64,000 nucleotides of DNA from an uncultured Bacillota bacterium (GTDB lineage: Bacteria > Bacillota_I > Bacilli_A > RF39 > UBA660). The translations under genes were made by a program, and so were the position numbers. Location: positions 48,039-112,038 of the forward strand of contig CAMBIR010000002.1 of NCBI GenBank assembly GCA_945867665.1. The letters run 5' to 3'. Below the pieces are notes generated by a model. The model was not told the DNA's origin and searched no databases. It was given only the letters and a program-made list of their open reading frames with translations. The number at the start of each line of letters is the position of its first letter. Positions within the stretch are counted from its first letter, which is position 1. Positions 40,471 through 48,529 of the stretch are shown here, piece after piece.

Positions 40471-40867
40471 TACGAAAAAACATGGTTTTGGTAAGTTTTT
40501 AGCAGGTGTTGGTATTGGGGCTGGATTAGGATTATTATTTGCACCAAAGTCTGGTGATGAGATGAGAAAAATACTTAAAAAGAAATTTGATGAGTTTATT
40601 ACTGAAGCAAAAAAGATTGATATTAATGAGGTAAAAGATGATTTTTTGGCAAAAATAGAGGATATTCGGAATGAACTAGAGGATTTAGATAAAGAGAAAG
40701 TATTGAAGATTGCTCAGGAAAAATCAGAAGATATTAAAAATAAAACTGCTGAATTGGTTCAGCTTGCTAAAGATAAAGGGACTCCAATTTTAGCAGGGGT
40801 TGCTAATGATGTTCGTGAGAAGGCTGTTATGGTTACGAAAGAAGTACTTAAAAAATTAGAAAAATAA
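40463..40867 (+). CDS. YtxH-domain protein
   Basis: GKFLAGVGIGAGLGLLFAPKSGDEMRK is the YtxH signature. The rest is helical and K/E-rich. Confidence 0.7.
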   Translation: MSNTKKHGFGKFLAGVGIGAGLGLLFAPKSGDEMRKILKKKFDEFITEAKKIDINEVKDDFLAKIEDIRNELEDLDKEKVLKIAQEKSEDIKNKTAELVQLAKDKGTPILAGVANDVREKAVMVTKEVLKKLEK

Positions 40868-40877
40868 GATATTTTTT

Positions 40878-40907
40878 AGAAATAAATTTTGTTTATTTCT
40901 TTTTTTG
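40878..40907 (+). terminator. Rho-independent terminator
   Basis: AGAAATAAA-ttttg-TTTATTTCT followed by a T-run. Confidence 0.7.
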
Positions 40908-40952
40908 TTCTAAAATGGATATTTTCTTTGTATAAATTATTAGAGGTGTGTG

Positions 40953-41651
40953 ATGTTTTTTAGTATTTTAAATCTGTTGCTTGCGAATACTTTTTTTATG
41001 GGATCCTATTCTAATGAAGTATTTCCTGAGCCACTTACTAATGAAGAAGAGGCCGAATATATTAAGAAAATGAAATTAGGGGATAAGGAGGCTAGAAATA
41101 AATTAATTGAACATAATTTAAGATTAGTTGCACATATTGTGAAAAAGTTTGAAACAAGTGGGAATGATATTGATGATTTAATTGGAATTGGGACGGTTGG
41201 TTTAATTAAGGGAATTGATACATATTCTTTAGATAAAAAGGTAAAATTAACAACTTATGCCGCTAAATGTGCTGAAAATGAGATATTAATGTTTTTTCGA
41301 AGTAATAAGAAGAATGCAAAAAATGTCAGTATTTATGATGGAATAAGTTATGACAAAGAGGGTAATGAAATTACGATTTTGGATGTTTTTAAAACAAAAG
41401 ATCCTGATTATTTGGAAGATATTTATTTAAAAGATAATATTCAATTGTTGAAGAAATATTTAAGTATTCTTTCTAAAAGAGAAAGGAAGATTATTAATAT
41501 GCGCTATGGATTATCGAATGAAGAGGAAAAGACGCAAAAAGAAATTGCTCATATTATGGGGATAAGTCGGAGTTATGTTTCTAGAATTGAAAAAAGGGCT
41601 ATTACAAAGATATTAAGAGAGTTTATTCGTAATAAAAATTATAATGAGTAA
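40953..41651 (+). CDS. sigK: Sporulation pro-sigma factor, SigK-like (uninterrupted)
   Basis: Hydrophobic pro-sequence ending YSNEVFPEPL (B. subtilis SigK has YVKNNAFPQPL). IEHNLRLVAHIVKKFE matches the SigK region 2.1/2.2 segment exactly. Also DKEGNEI and GISRSYVSRIEKRA. Confidence 0.8.
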   Translation: MFFSILNLLLANTFFMGSYSNEVFPEPLTNEEEAEYIKKMKLGDKEARNKLIEHNLRLVAHIVKKFETSGNDIDDLIGIGTVGLIKGIDTYSLDKKVKLTTYAAKCAENEILMFFRSNKKNAKNVSIYDGISYDKEGNEITILDVFKTKDPDYLEDIYLKDNIQLLKKYLSILSKRERKIINMRYGLSNEEEKTQKEIAHIMGISRSYVSRIEKRAITKILREFIRNKNYNE

Positions 41652-41765
41652 AGAAGATAAATTTGTTTTAGGAATTGGGTAGTGTTATCTAATTCTTTTT
41701 TTCTTATTGACTTTTTTTTGTATTTTATAGTATGATGGAGGGGATTTATGAGATAAGGAGTTGTT

Positions 41766-42512
41766 ATGATTATGGAGAAAAGACCTATTTTGGTGCAAGT
41801 GGCTATGGAGGTGGAATGTAGGAAATTATTAGATAAAGTGGTTCATGTTAAGGAAGTTATGGATAGTGGTTATTTATTTTATGAATTTGAAATTGATGGT
41901 TATCCTGTTGTTTTGTCTTTATCTAAGGTTGGTCTTATTGAGGCTGCTTCTTCTTTGAGCATAGCGATTAGAAAGTATCGACCTAAAGTTATTATTAATT
42001 ATGGTATTGCAGGGGCTACTACGAATAAGTTACATGTCTCTGATATGGTGATTGGGACAAGTTGTATGAATATCAATTCTTATCGGACATCTTTTTTAGA
42101 AAAGGGCATGGGAAGTTGTCCTGAAAAATGGGAATTTTTGACTTTTTTAAGTGGGGAAGAAGACCGATTTGTTTCTTATTCCTCTTCTTTAGAGTTGGTT
42201 GATTTGGCAATAGATAATCCTCCTTTAACAAAATACTTATGTGGAAGAATTGGTAGTGGTGATGTCTGGAATAGGGAGATAGATAGAATTTTATTTTTAA
42301 ATAGGGAGTATGGGGTTCTTTGTGAAGATATGGAGTGTGTATCTACTTATCAAATTGCTGAGGATAGGAATATTCCGGTGATTTCTTTTAAAATGATTTC
42401 GGATAATATTCTTCTTGGTGAAGAATATAATCGTGAGGTAGGAATTTATTTGCAAGAGTATATTTATTTATATGTGTCTAAATTAATTGAAAAGATGTGT
42501 GAAGATAATTAG
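41766..42512 (+). CDS. PNP_UDP_1-family nucleosidase (MTA/SAH nucleosidase-like)
   Basis: Motifs: ILVQVAMEVE, SKVGLIEAASS, GIAGA, GSGDVW, EDMECVS, MISDN. These are in the same order as the MtnN motifs. Confidence 0.55.
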   Translation: MIMEKRPILVQVAMEVECRKLLDKVVHVKEVMDSGYLFYEFEIDGYPVVLSLSKVGLIEAASSLSIAIRKYRPKVIINYGIAGATTNKLHVSDMVIGTSCMNINSYRTSFLEKGMGSCPEKWEFLTFLSGEEDRFVSYSSSLELVDLAIDNPPLTKYLCGRIGSGDVWNREIDRILFLNREYGVLCEDMECVSTYQIAEDRNIPVISFKMISDNILLGEEYNREVGIYLQEYIYLYVSKLIEKMCEDN

Positions 42513-42565
42513 TTGTAATTTTTGTTAAAATAATGATATAATATTGAACGTGGTGGTGGTATAGG

Positions 42566-42928
42566 ATGTCTAATATAAATAGAAATGATATTGTCAGAGT
42601 TAGGGTTACAGGAATTCAAAAGTATGGAGCTTTTGCGGTTATTGATAAAGAAAATTATAATGGATTGATTCATATTTCGGAAGTATCTTATGGATATGTT
42701 CGAGATATTCGTGATTTTGTTGATGTTGGGGATAATATTTATGCTGAAGTTATGCAAGTAGATGAGAATGAAAAGAAATTAAAGTTGAGTATTAAGGATA
42801 TTGATTATAAAAAAAGTGGGATTAAGTTAAAGAGAATGGCAGAAACCAAAAGTGGTTTTCAGCCCTTAAGTGATCATCTTGAAGGATGGATTAATGCTAA
42901 AATAAAAGAAATTACCGATAATTTTTAA
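42566..42928 (+). CDS. S1 RNA-binding-domain protein (YugI/GSP13-like)
   Basis: GDIVRVRVTGIQKYGAFAVI...GLIHISEVSYGYVRDIRDFVDVGDNIYAEVMQVDENEKKLKLSIK. Confidence 0.75.
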   Translation: MSNINRNDIVRVRVTGIQKYGAFAVIDKENYNGLIHISEVSYGYVRDIRDFVDVGDNIYAEVMQVDENEKKLKLSIKDIDYKKSGIKLKRMAETKSGFQPLSDHLEGWINAKIKEITDNF

Positions 42929-42945
42929 AAAATTTATAAAATCAC

Positions 42946-42975
42946 TTGACAAGATATAGGGTGAAATGGTATATT
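42946..42975 (+). promoter_or_regulatory. SigA-type promoter of the tRNA array
   Basis: TTGACA, 18-nt spacer, TGg-TATATT. Confidence 0.6.
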
Positions 42976-43002
42976 ATTAACTGTCAATTGGTTACGGGTT
43001 AC

Positions 43003-43079
43003 GGGCGATTAGCTCAGTTGGTTAGAGCACCTGCCTTACAAGCAGGGGGTCATAGGTTCGAGTCCTATATCGCCCACCA
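43003..43079 (+). tRNA. tRNA-Val (anticodon TAC), CCA encoded
   Basis: Cloverleaf folded by hand: acceptor GGGCGAT/ATCGCCC, anticodon arm CCTGC-CTTACAA-GCAGG, T arm ATAGG-TTCGAGT-CCTAT. Confidence 0.9.
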
Positions 43080-43088
43080 TTTATTTTT

Positions 43089-43164
<76 letters not shown>

Positions 43165-43174
43165 TCTTTTTTTT

Positions 43175-43258
43175 GGAAGGGTAGCGAAGTGGCTAAACGC
43201 GGCAGACTGTAAATCTGTTCCTTCGGGTTCGATGGTTCGAATCCATCCCCTTCCACCA
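43175..43258 (+). tRNA. tRNA-Tyr (anticodon GTA), long variable arm, CCA encoded
   Basis: Acceptor GGAAGGG/CCCTTCC, anticodon loop CTGTAAA, long variable arm, T arm GATGG-TTCGAAT-CCATC. Confidence 0.9.
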
Positions 43259-43278
43259 CTCTTAGATTTTTATCTAAT

Positions 43279-43353
43279 TGCCCCGTAGCCAAGCGGTAAG
43301 GCACCACACTTTGACTGTGGCACTCGTTAGTTCGAATCTAGCCGGGGCAACCA
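43279..43353 (+). tRNA. tRNA-Gln (anticodon TTG), CCA encoded
   Basis: Acceptor TGCCCCG/CGGGGCA, anticodon arm CCACA-CTTTGAC-TGTGG, T loop TTCGAAT. Confidence 0.9.
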
Positions 43354-43358
43354 TTATC

Positions 43359-43434
43359 GTTCCGTTAGCTCAGTCGGTAGAGCATTTGACTTTTAATCAA
43401 AGGGTCTGGAGTTCAAATCTCCAACGGGACACCA
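43359..43434 (+). tRNA. tRNA-Lys (anticodon TTT), CCA encoded
   Basis: Acceptor GTTCCGT/ACGGGAC (one G-U pair), anticodon arm TTTGA-CTTTTAA-TCAAA, T arm CTGGA-GTTCAAATC-TCCAA region. Confidence 0.9.
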
Positions 43435-43446
43435 TTTTTTGAATTT

Positions 43447-43478
43447 AACTCTTACATAAAATTGTGAGAGTTTTTTTT
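43447..43478 (+). terminator. Rho-independent terminator after the tRNA array
   Basis: AACTCTTACA-taaaat-TGTGAGAGTT (one G-U pair) followed by T8. Confidence 0.7.
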
Positions 43479-43545
43479 GTTTTTAAGTTAAGTGTGTATG
43501 CAAAGAGAATAAATATGATTATATTATAGTAAAAGGGGGAATAAA

Positions 43546-44595
43546 ATGAGGGGAATTGATGTTAGTTCTTATCAAGGGGTTATTGATTGGAATAAGTTTA
43601 AAAATTCTAGGTATCAATTTGTAATTTTACGTTTGGGAATTGGAGATGATATTACTAGTCAAGATGATGAGAAATTTTCCTATAATTTAAAAAAGTGTCA
43701 GGAATTGGGAATTCCTTATGCATTCTATTTGGTTAGTTATGCTAAAAACTTAGAAGGAGAGGAATCTGTTCAAAGTGAAATTGCTCATACAGAAAGATTA
43801 ATTCAAGGTACTAGTCCATTTTGTATTTTTTATGATATGGAAGTAGATAGTATTAGAAGTCTTGGGCGGGAAAAACTAACCCGTTATGCAGTACGTTATT
43901 GTGATTATTTTAGATCTTTGGGATATCAAGTTGGGGTTTATGCTAATAAGAATTGGTTTAGTCATTATTTAGATTATGATTTATTAAGAGAAAAGGGATA
44001 TAAGATATGGCTTGCGCATTATGGTATAGATAGGCCTAGTTTGACTTGTGATTTGTGGCAATATACGGATAAAGGTGTAGTAGAGGGAATTTCTAGTAAT
44101 ACAGTTGATTTGAATGAGATGTATGGCGATTTCTTTTTAAAAAAAGATGTGGATGAGATTGTTTTGGAAGTTATTGCTGGTCGTTGGGGAAATGGTGATT
44201 TAAGAAAGCAAAAGTTAATTGAAGCAGGATATTCATATGATTTGGTTCAAAAGAAAGTAAATGAGCGATTAGAGAAAAAACAGGGGAAAGAGATTTCTTA
44301 TGTTGTTAAAAAAGGAGATACTTTATCTAGTATTGCTTTAAAATATCAAAGTACTTATCAAGAACTTGCTATTTATAATGGAATAAGAGATGTGAATAAG
44401 ATTTATGCTGGAGAGATTATTCGTATACCAATTCGTAATGATGTAGTGAAAAGAGAATATTATGTTGTAAAAAGAGGTGATAATTTAACAAAGATTGCTA
44501 AGTTATATCGTGTTGATATAGAGGAATTAATGAAGCTTAATTCTATTCAGGATGCAAATTTAATTTATATAGGTCAAAGACTTCGGGTTAAGTAA
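43546..44595 (+). CDS. GH25 muramidase with one CW_7 (Cpl-7-type) repeat and two LysM domains
   Basis: N-terminus GIDVSSYQGVIDWNKF...FVILRLG (GH25). VIAGRWGNGDLRKQKLIEAGYSYDLVQKKVNERL (CW_7). Two LysM repeats (YVVKKGDTLSSIALKY...IYAGEIIRIP; YVVKRGDNLTKIAKLY...IYIGQRLRV). No signal peptide. Confidence 0.8.
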   Translation: MRGIDVSSYQGVIDWNKFKNSRYQFVILRLGIGDDITSQDDEKFSYNLKKCQELGIPYAFYLVSYAKNLEGEESVQSEIAHTERLIQGTSPFCIFYDMEVDSIRSLGREKLTRYAVRYCDYFRSLGYQVGVYANKNWFSHYLDYDLLREKGYKIWLAHYGIDRPSLTCDLWQYTDKGVVEGISSNTVDLNEMYGDFFLKKDVDEIVLEVIAGRWGNGDLRKQKLIEAGYSYDLVQKKVNERLEKKQGKEISYVVKKGDTLSSIALKYQSTYQELAIYNGIRDVNKIYAGEIIRIPIRNDVVKREYYVVKRGDNLTKIAKLYRVDIEELMKLNSIQDANLIYIGQRLRVK

Positions 44596-44640
44596 AAATA
44601 AATATTTTTTTTAGGGAGGTAATAAAGAAAAATATCTTGC

Positions 44641-44669
44641 TTGACATCTTTGTTAATTTGTAGTAAAAT
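44641..44669 (+). promoter_or_regulatory. SigA-type promoter
   Basis: TTGACA, 17-nt spacer, TAAAAT. The track ATG at 44670 directly abuts the -10 box, so the real start is downstream. Confidence 0.55.
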
Positions 44670-44690
44670 ATGAAGTCAATTAAGGGGGAA

Positions 44691-45143
44691 ATGGTTATGG
44701 ATAGAGAATTAAAGGGGATTGTTGTAGAAATTTTTTCTTTGGTCATATTACTTATTATTGCGGTGCCTTTATGTGTTAGGGCTAGTAGTAATTACCAAGA
44801 GAAGAAGGATAAGATGTATGTTGGAAATCATGCTAATGTTGATATTAATAATTTAGGAAGTGTAAAGAAAGTTATTGTTAGTAGTGAGGATAAGGAAGAT
44901 ATTTCGATTTATCTTATGTTAAAGATTAGTAAATTTGATGATGAGTATGTGATTTATTTGGATGATAAGATTTTTCGTTTGAGTGATATGGAATATACTG
45001 AGGATAGTGAGTACCGCTATTATAATTTGGGACTTTATGCAATTTCAGGAAAGAGGACGTTTGATTTTAAGATTGCTGTTTTAGATAGGAGTTATTATAA
45101 TGAGACAATTAGTTATAGTTTTTATACTAAGGGGTTATTTTAA
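44691..45143 (+). CDS. Secreted/membrane-anchored protein with a prepilin-like (TadE-like) N-terminus
   Basis: AAGGGGG RBS, then the ATG at 44691. MVMDRELKG-IVVEIFSLVILLIIAVPL: short charged leader ending in KG, a Glu early in the hydrophobic helix, and a beta-rich C-terminal domain. Confidence 0.4.
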   Translation: MVMDRELKGIVVEIFSLVILLIIAVPLCVRASSNYQEKKDKMYVGNHANVDINNLGSVKKVIVSSEDKEDISIYLMLKISKFDDEYVIYLDDKIFRLSDMEYTEDSEYRYYNLGLYAISGKRTFDFKIAVLDRSYYNETISYSFYTKGLF

Positions 45144-45376
45144 TGGATGAGGATTATCGTAAGTATTTATCTTATGATAATGGTCATGGTCTTTTGATTT
45201 CTTCTTATGATAAGATGGTTATTGATCGTTATTTTGTTAATTATGATTGTTTGACTAAGGTAAGTGATTTGATTGTTTTGTTAGAGAAAGTTTTGGAAGA
45301 ATTTGATGATGAGGAACTTTTGAATGTGATAGAACATTTGAGTGAGGTTCATTATTATCAAGAGGTACATAAATAA
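45143..45376 (+). CDS. 77-aa acidic protein, function unknown
   Basis: TAATG overlap with the upstream gene implies translational coupling. No recognisable motifs. Confidence 0.4.
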   Translation: MDEDYRKYLSYDNGHGLLISSYDKMVIDRYFVNYDCLTKVSDLIVLLEKVLEEFDDEELLNVIEHLSEVHYYQEVHK

Positions 45377-45384
45377 AGAAGAAA

Positions 45385-47076
45385 CTAATTTTTTGGGTTA
45401 GTTTCTTCTTTTTCGTTAATATTCATAATAATTGGTAAAATGATTGGGACTCTGCCTGTTTTATCTGCTAGGAAAGGCATTAGACCATTAATAAGTTCTG
45501 ATTTAATGTCTGTATAGTTTGTATTTTTTGATTTTAGTGCATTTTCGATAATGTTACCTGCATTTTTTTCTATTTGTTTAATTAAAATTTCATTTTCATT
45601 AACTAATATATAACCTCTTGTTGTAATCATTGGTTTTGCTAATAATTTTTTTGCTTGTAGGTCAATATTAGCGATAATGACTAAAATTCCATTTGAGGAC
45701 ATTAGTTTACGGTCTTTGATTACCATATTTCCAACGTCTCCGATTCTAGAGCCATCAACATAAATATCATCAGCAGGGACATGTCCTTCTTTGAAAACTT
45801 TATCTTTGGTTAAATTTAAGACGTCACCATTTTGTAAGATAAAGGTGTTTTCTTTTGGTATATCACAAGATACGGCTAAATCACAATGGGTTTTTAACAT
45901 TCTGTATTCCCCATGATATGGGGCAAAATATTCTGGTTTGAATAGACGAATCATAAGTTTTAATTCATTTTGACAGCCATGTCCTGAGGAGTGAATTTCG
46001 GTTGTGCCATTGGTATATACTTTTACTCCTTTTAGGTAAAGTTTATTGATTGTTTTAGCAACACTAGCAGCGTTTCCCGGAATTGGGGAGGAGGAGAAAA
46101 TAACAATGTCATTTGGTGTCAATTTGATTTGCTTGTGACTTCCATTGGCGATTCTAGATAATGCTGCTAATGGTTCTCCTTGGCTTCCAGTGCAAAGAAG
46201 GCATACTTGGGATGGTTTTAGGCGATTGGCTTCTTCTGGAGTCACAATGATTTTTTTATCTTTGATATAGCCACATTTGATGGCAATATCAATAGAGGTA
46301 TCCATACTTCTTCCAAATAGGGCAACTTTTCTTTTGTTTTTGCGGCATATTTCAATGATATGCTTTAGTCTGTAAATATTTGAAGCAAATGTTGCTAGTA
46401 TGATACGATTTTGTTTTTCATTTGCAAATATTTCACTTAAATTTTCATCGACAACCGATTCACTTAAGGAAGTTCCTGGAATGGTAGCGTTGGTTGAGTC
46501 ACTCATTAGAAGACGAACTCCTTCTTCTCCAATTCTAGCCATTTTATGAATATTAGACATTGGGCCAATTGGTGTTAAATCAATTTTAAAATCTCCTGTC
46601 ATCACGATTGTTCCGTTTGGGGTTTTTATGGCGATTCCATGAGAATCTGGTATTGAGTGAGTTGTTCTAAAAAATTCTATATTAAAATATTTGGTTTTGA
46701 TTTTTGTATTTTCGTTATAAATAATTAAATTTTTATATTTGATATTTTTTTCTTCTAATTTTTTATCAATTAAAGCTTTTGCTTGAGCTGGGGCATAAAT
46801 TTTTGGAATATTTACACTTTGTAATAAAAAAGGAATGCTCCCGATGTGATCTTCGTGTCCGTGTGTAATTAATAGTGCTTTAATTTTATCTTCGTTTACT
46901 TTTAAATAAGTATAATCAGGAATGACATAGTCAATTCCTAGTAAATCATCTTCTGGAAACATTACTCCAGAATCAATAATAACAATTTCGTCTTTATTTT
47001 GTACACAGTACATATTTTTTCCCACTTCGCCTAGTCCACCTAGTGCGAATACTTTGGTTGTATTTTCTTCTTTCAT
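45385..47076 (-). CDS. rnj: Ribonuclease J
   Basis: Motifs: FALGGLGEVGKNMY and ITHGHEDHIGSIPFL (metallo-beta-lactamase), beta-CASP region, 563 aa. Confidence 0.93.
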   Translation of the reverse strand: MKEENTTKVFALGGLGEVGKNMYCVQNKDEIVIIDSGVMFPEDDLLGIDYVIPDYTYLKVNEDKIKALLITHGHEDHIGSIPFLLQSVNIPKIYAPAQAKALIDKKLEEKNIKYKNLIIYNENTKIKTKYFNIEFFRTTHSIPDSHGIAIKTPNGTIVMTGDFKIDLTPIGPMSNIHKMARIGEEGVRLLMSDSTNATIPGTSLSESVVDENLSEIFANEKQNRIILATFASNIYRLKHIIEICRKNKRKVALFGRSMDTSIDIAIKCGYIKDKKIIVTPEEANRLKPSQVCLLCTGSQGEPLAALSRIANGSHKQIKLTPNDIVIFSSSPIPGNAASVAKTINKLYLKGVKVYTNGTTEIHSSGHGCQNELKLMIRLFKPEYFAPYHGEYRMLKTHCDLAVSCDIPKENTFILQNGDVLNLTKDKVFKEGHVPADDIYVDGSRIGDVGNMVIKDRKLMSSNGILVIIANIDLQAKKLLAKPMITTRGYILVNENEILIKQIEKNAGNIIENALKSKNTNYTDIKSELINGLMPFLADKTGRVPIILPIIMNINEKEETNPKN

Positions 47077-47162
47077 TTTACATCCTTTCTAAAATATTTA
47101 AAACCGTTCACAAAATAAAATAATATAAAATTTAATAAAAGTTTTTCTCACCAATATTTAAG

Positions 47163-47228
47163 ATTATACTATAAAATAAAAAATTTTTCAAGTAGCTACT
47201 TGAAAAATAAATTCTTCTATATTATAAT
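47163..47228. promoter_or_regulatory. Back-to-back divergent promoters sharing a 26-bp perfect palindrome
   Basis: Palindrome ATTTTTCAAGTAG|CTACTTGAAAAAT at 47183-47208. Plus strand: TTGAAA (47200-47205), 17-nt spacer, TATAAT (47223-47228). Minus strand: TTGAAA (47191-47186), 17-nt spacer, TATAAT (47168-47163), driving rnj. Confidence 0.6.
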
Positions 47229-47257
47229 TGGTTTATATTATAGAAAGAGGTGTTGAT

Positions 47258-48400
47258 ATGACATTAGAGGGAGCCAATGCTTTTTTGGAGAATGAAAATT
47301 TTACGCTTTATACAGTAAATAGTTTGTCTAGTGGGGAATATGCAGTGGTCATGCCTAAGAGTGTAATGGGGATGATTAATGTTTTAATTGATTTTCATCA
47401 AAAGAGTAATTTTGATGCTTTACAAACGGGGAGTAAAACGAAGGAAGATTTGTTAAATGAGGTAAATAGTACTTATAAGATGGTTAAAAGTACTTATTCA
47501 AATTTTATTTTAGTGTATCCAATGCTTAATGAGGATGATTATGTTAATGTTGTTCGGTCTAATGATAAACAAAAGCTATTTGATGAGGTAAAAAAGATTG
47601 GTGCGGTTACGAGTGAAATTTATAAGAAAATAACAGAAAGTGGAATGGACGCGAGTAAGATTGATCAAAAAATTATTATTTTAGAAAAGACTACAGAAGA
47701 TACTGATTTTGTTACTTGGTTAAAGGGACAAATGCCTAATTTTGTAGAAGGATTAAAAATTATTGAGGAAAAAAAGGAAGAGGTTAATCCATTTATGGGA
47801 ATGAATCCTTTTGGTCCTGCTCCTGTTCAAGAAAAGGTAGTAGAGAACACAACTCCACCTGTTGCTCCAACAACGGGAAGTAGTATTTTTGATAATGTTG
47901 CACCTAGTACTCCTATTCCTCCCGTTGCCCCTAACCCTGTTCCTCCCGTTACAGAGGAAGTAAAACCACAAACTGTAAGTAATGATATTTTTGCATCTCC
48001 TGTTGCAAAGACTCCAGTGAATGAGGCGGTACCAACAAGTAATGGACAAGTAGAACAACAAGCAAGTTCTAACTCTATTTTTGGGGAGCCATCAGTAAGT
48101 AGTAGTTCAGTGAATAACGCTTCTTTAAATACACCACCTACTACTGAGACTCCAAAGCCAGTAAATAGCGTTGATTTAGAGGGGACAACGGCGTTTCGAC
48201 CAATTCCAGGGGATACTACGCAAGTTCAAGAGAATATGCAATCTCTTGTAAATGAAGCTAAGAGTATCGAAGAAGTTCAAGCAGAACATAAAGGTAGTAG
48301 GGGAATTGCTAACTTATTAATTTTATTAGTTATTTTAGTTGGGGTAACTATTGCTAGTATTGAATTAGGTAAGTTTTTATATAATGTTTATGGAAGATAA
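47258..48400 (+). CDS. Tail-anchored protein: globular N-domain, Pro/Thr/Ser-rich linker, single C-terminal TM
   Basis: AAGAGGTG RBS, then the ATG at 47258. No signal peptide. The linker has three (S/N)xIF(D/A/G) motifs (SSIFDN, NDIFAS, NSIFGE). C-terminal TM IANLLILLVILVGVTIASI. Confidence 0.5.
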   Translation: MTLEGANAFLENENFTLYTVNSLSSGEYAVVMPKSVMGMINVLIDFHQKSNFDALQTGSKTKEDLLNEVNSTYKMVKSTYSNFILVYPMLNEDDYVNVVRSNDKQKLFDEVKKIGAVTSEIYKKITESGMDASKIDQKIIILEKTTEDTDFVTWLKGQMPNFVEGLKIIEEKKEEVNPFMGMNPFGPAPVQEKVVENTTPPVAPTTGSSIFDNVAPSTPIPPVAPNPVPPVTEEVKPQTVSNDIFASPVAKTPVNEAVPTSNGQVEQQASSNSIFGEPSVSSSSVNNASLNTPPTTETPKPVNSVDLEGTTAFRPIPGDTTQVQENMQSLVNEAKSIEEVQAEHKGSRGIANLLILLVILVGVTIASIELGKFLYNVYGR

Positions 48401-48473
48401 TCTTTATCTTCTTTTTCTTTTTGATAAATTAATTCTTTGTTAATTTTTATGTGAAAAAAAGTGATAAAATGTC

Positions 48474-48502
48474 TTGTATTTTTATTTTATTTTTGTTATA
48501 CT
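48474..48502 (+). promoter_or_regulatory. SigA-type promoter of TasA-like gene 1
   Basis: TTGTAT, 17-nt spacer, TGt-TATACT. The same -10 context and the TAAGGAGGA RBS are repeated upstream of gene 2. Confidence 0.5.
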
Positions 48503-48529
48503 CATTATAGTAAGGAGGAAAGATAAAAG

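Noticed and set aside
43359-45376. A prophage or integrative element inserted at tRNA-Lys.
   Set aside because: Only an endolysin-like gene is present. There is no integrase, holin, capsid or tail gene, and I found no obvious repeat of the tRNA 3' end downstream. This is recorded as a finding on the lysozyme only.
47753-48061. A 102-aa minus-strand ORF inside the Pro-rich linker region.
   Set aside because: It is an antisense artefact of the repetitive CCT/GTT-rich linker of the 47258..48400 gene. There is no RBS.
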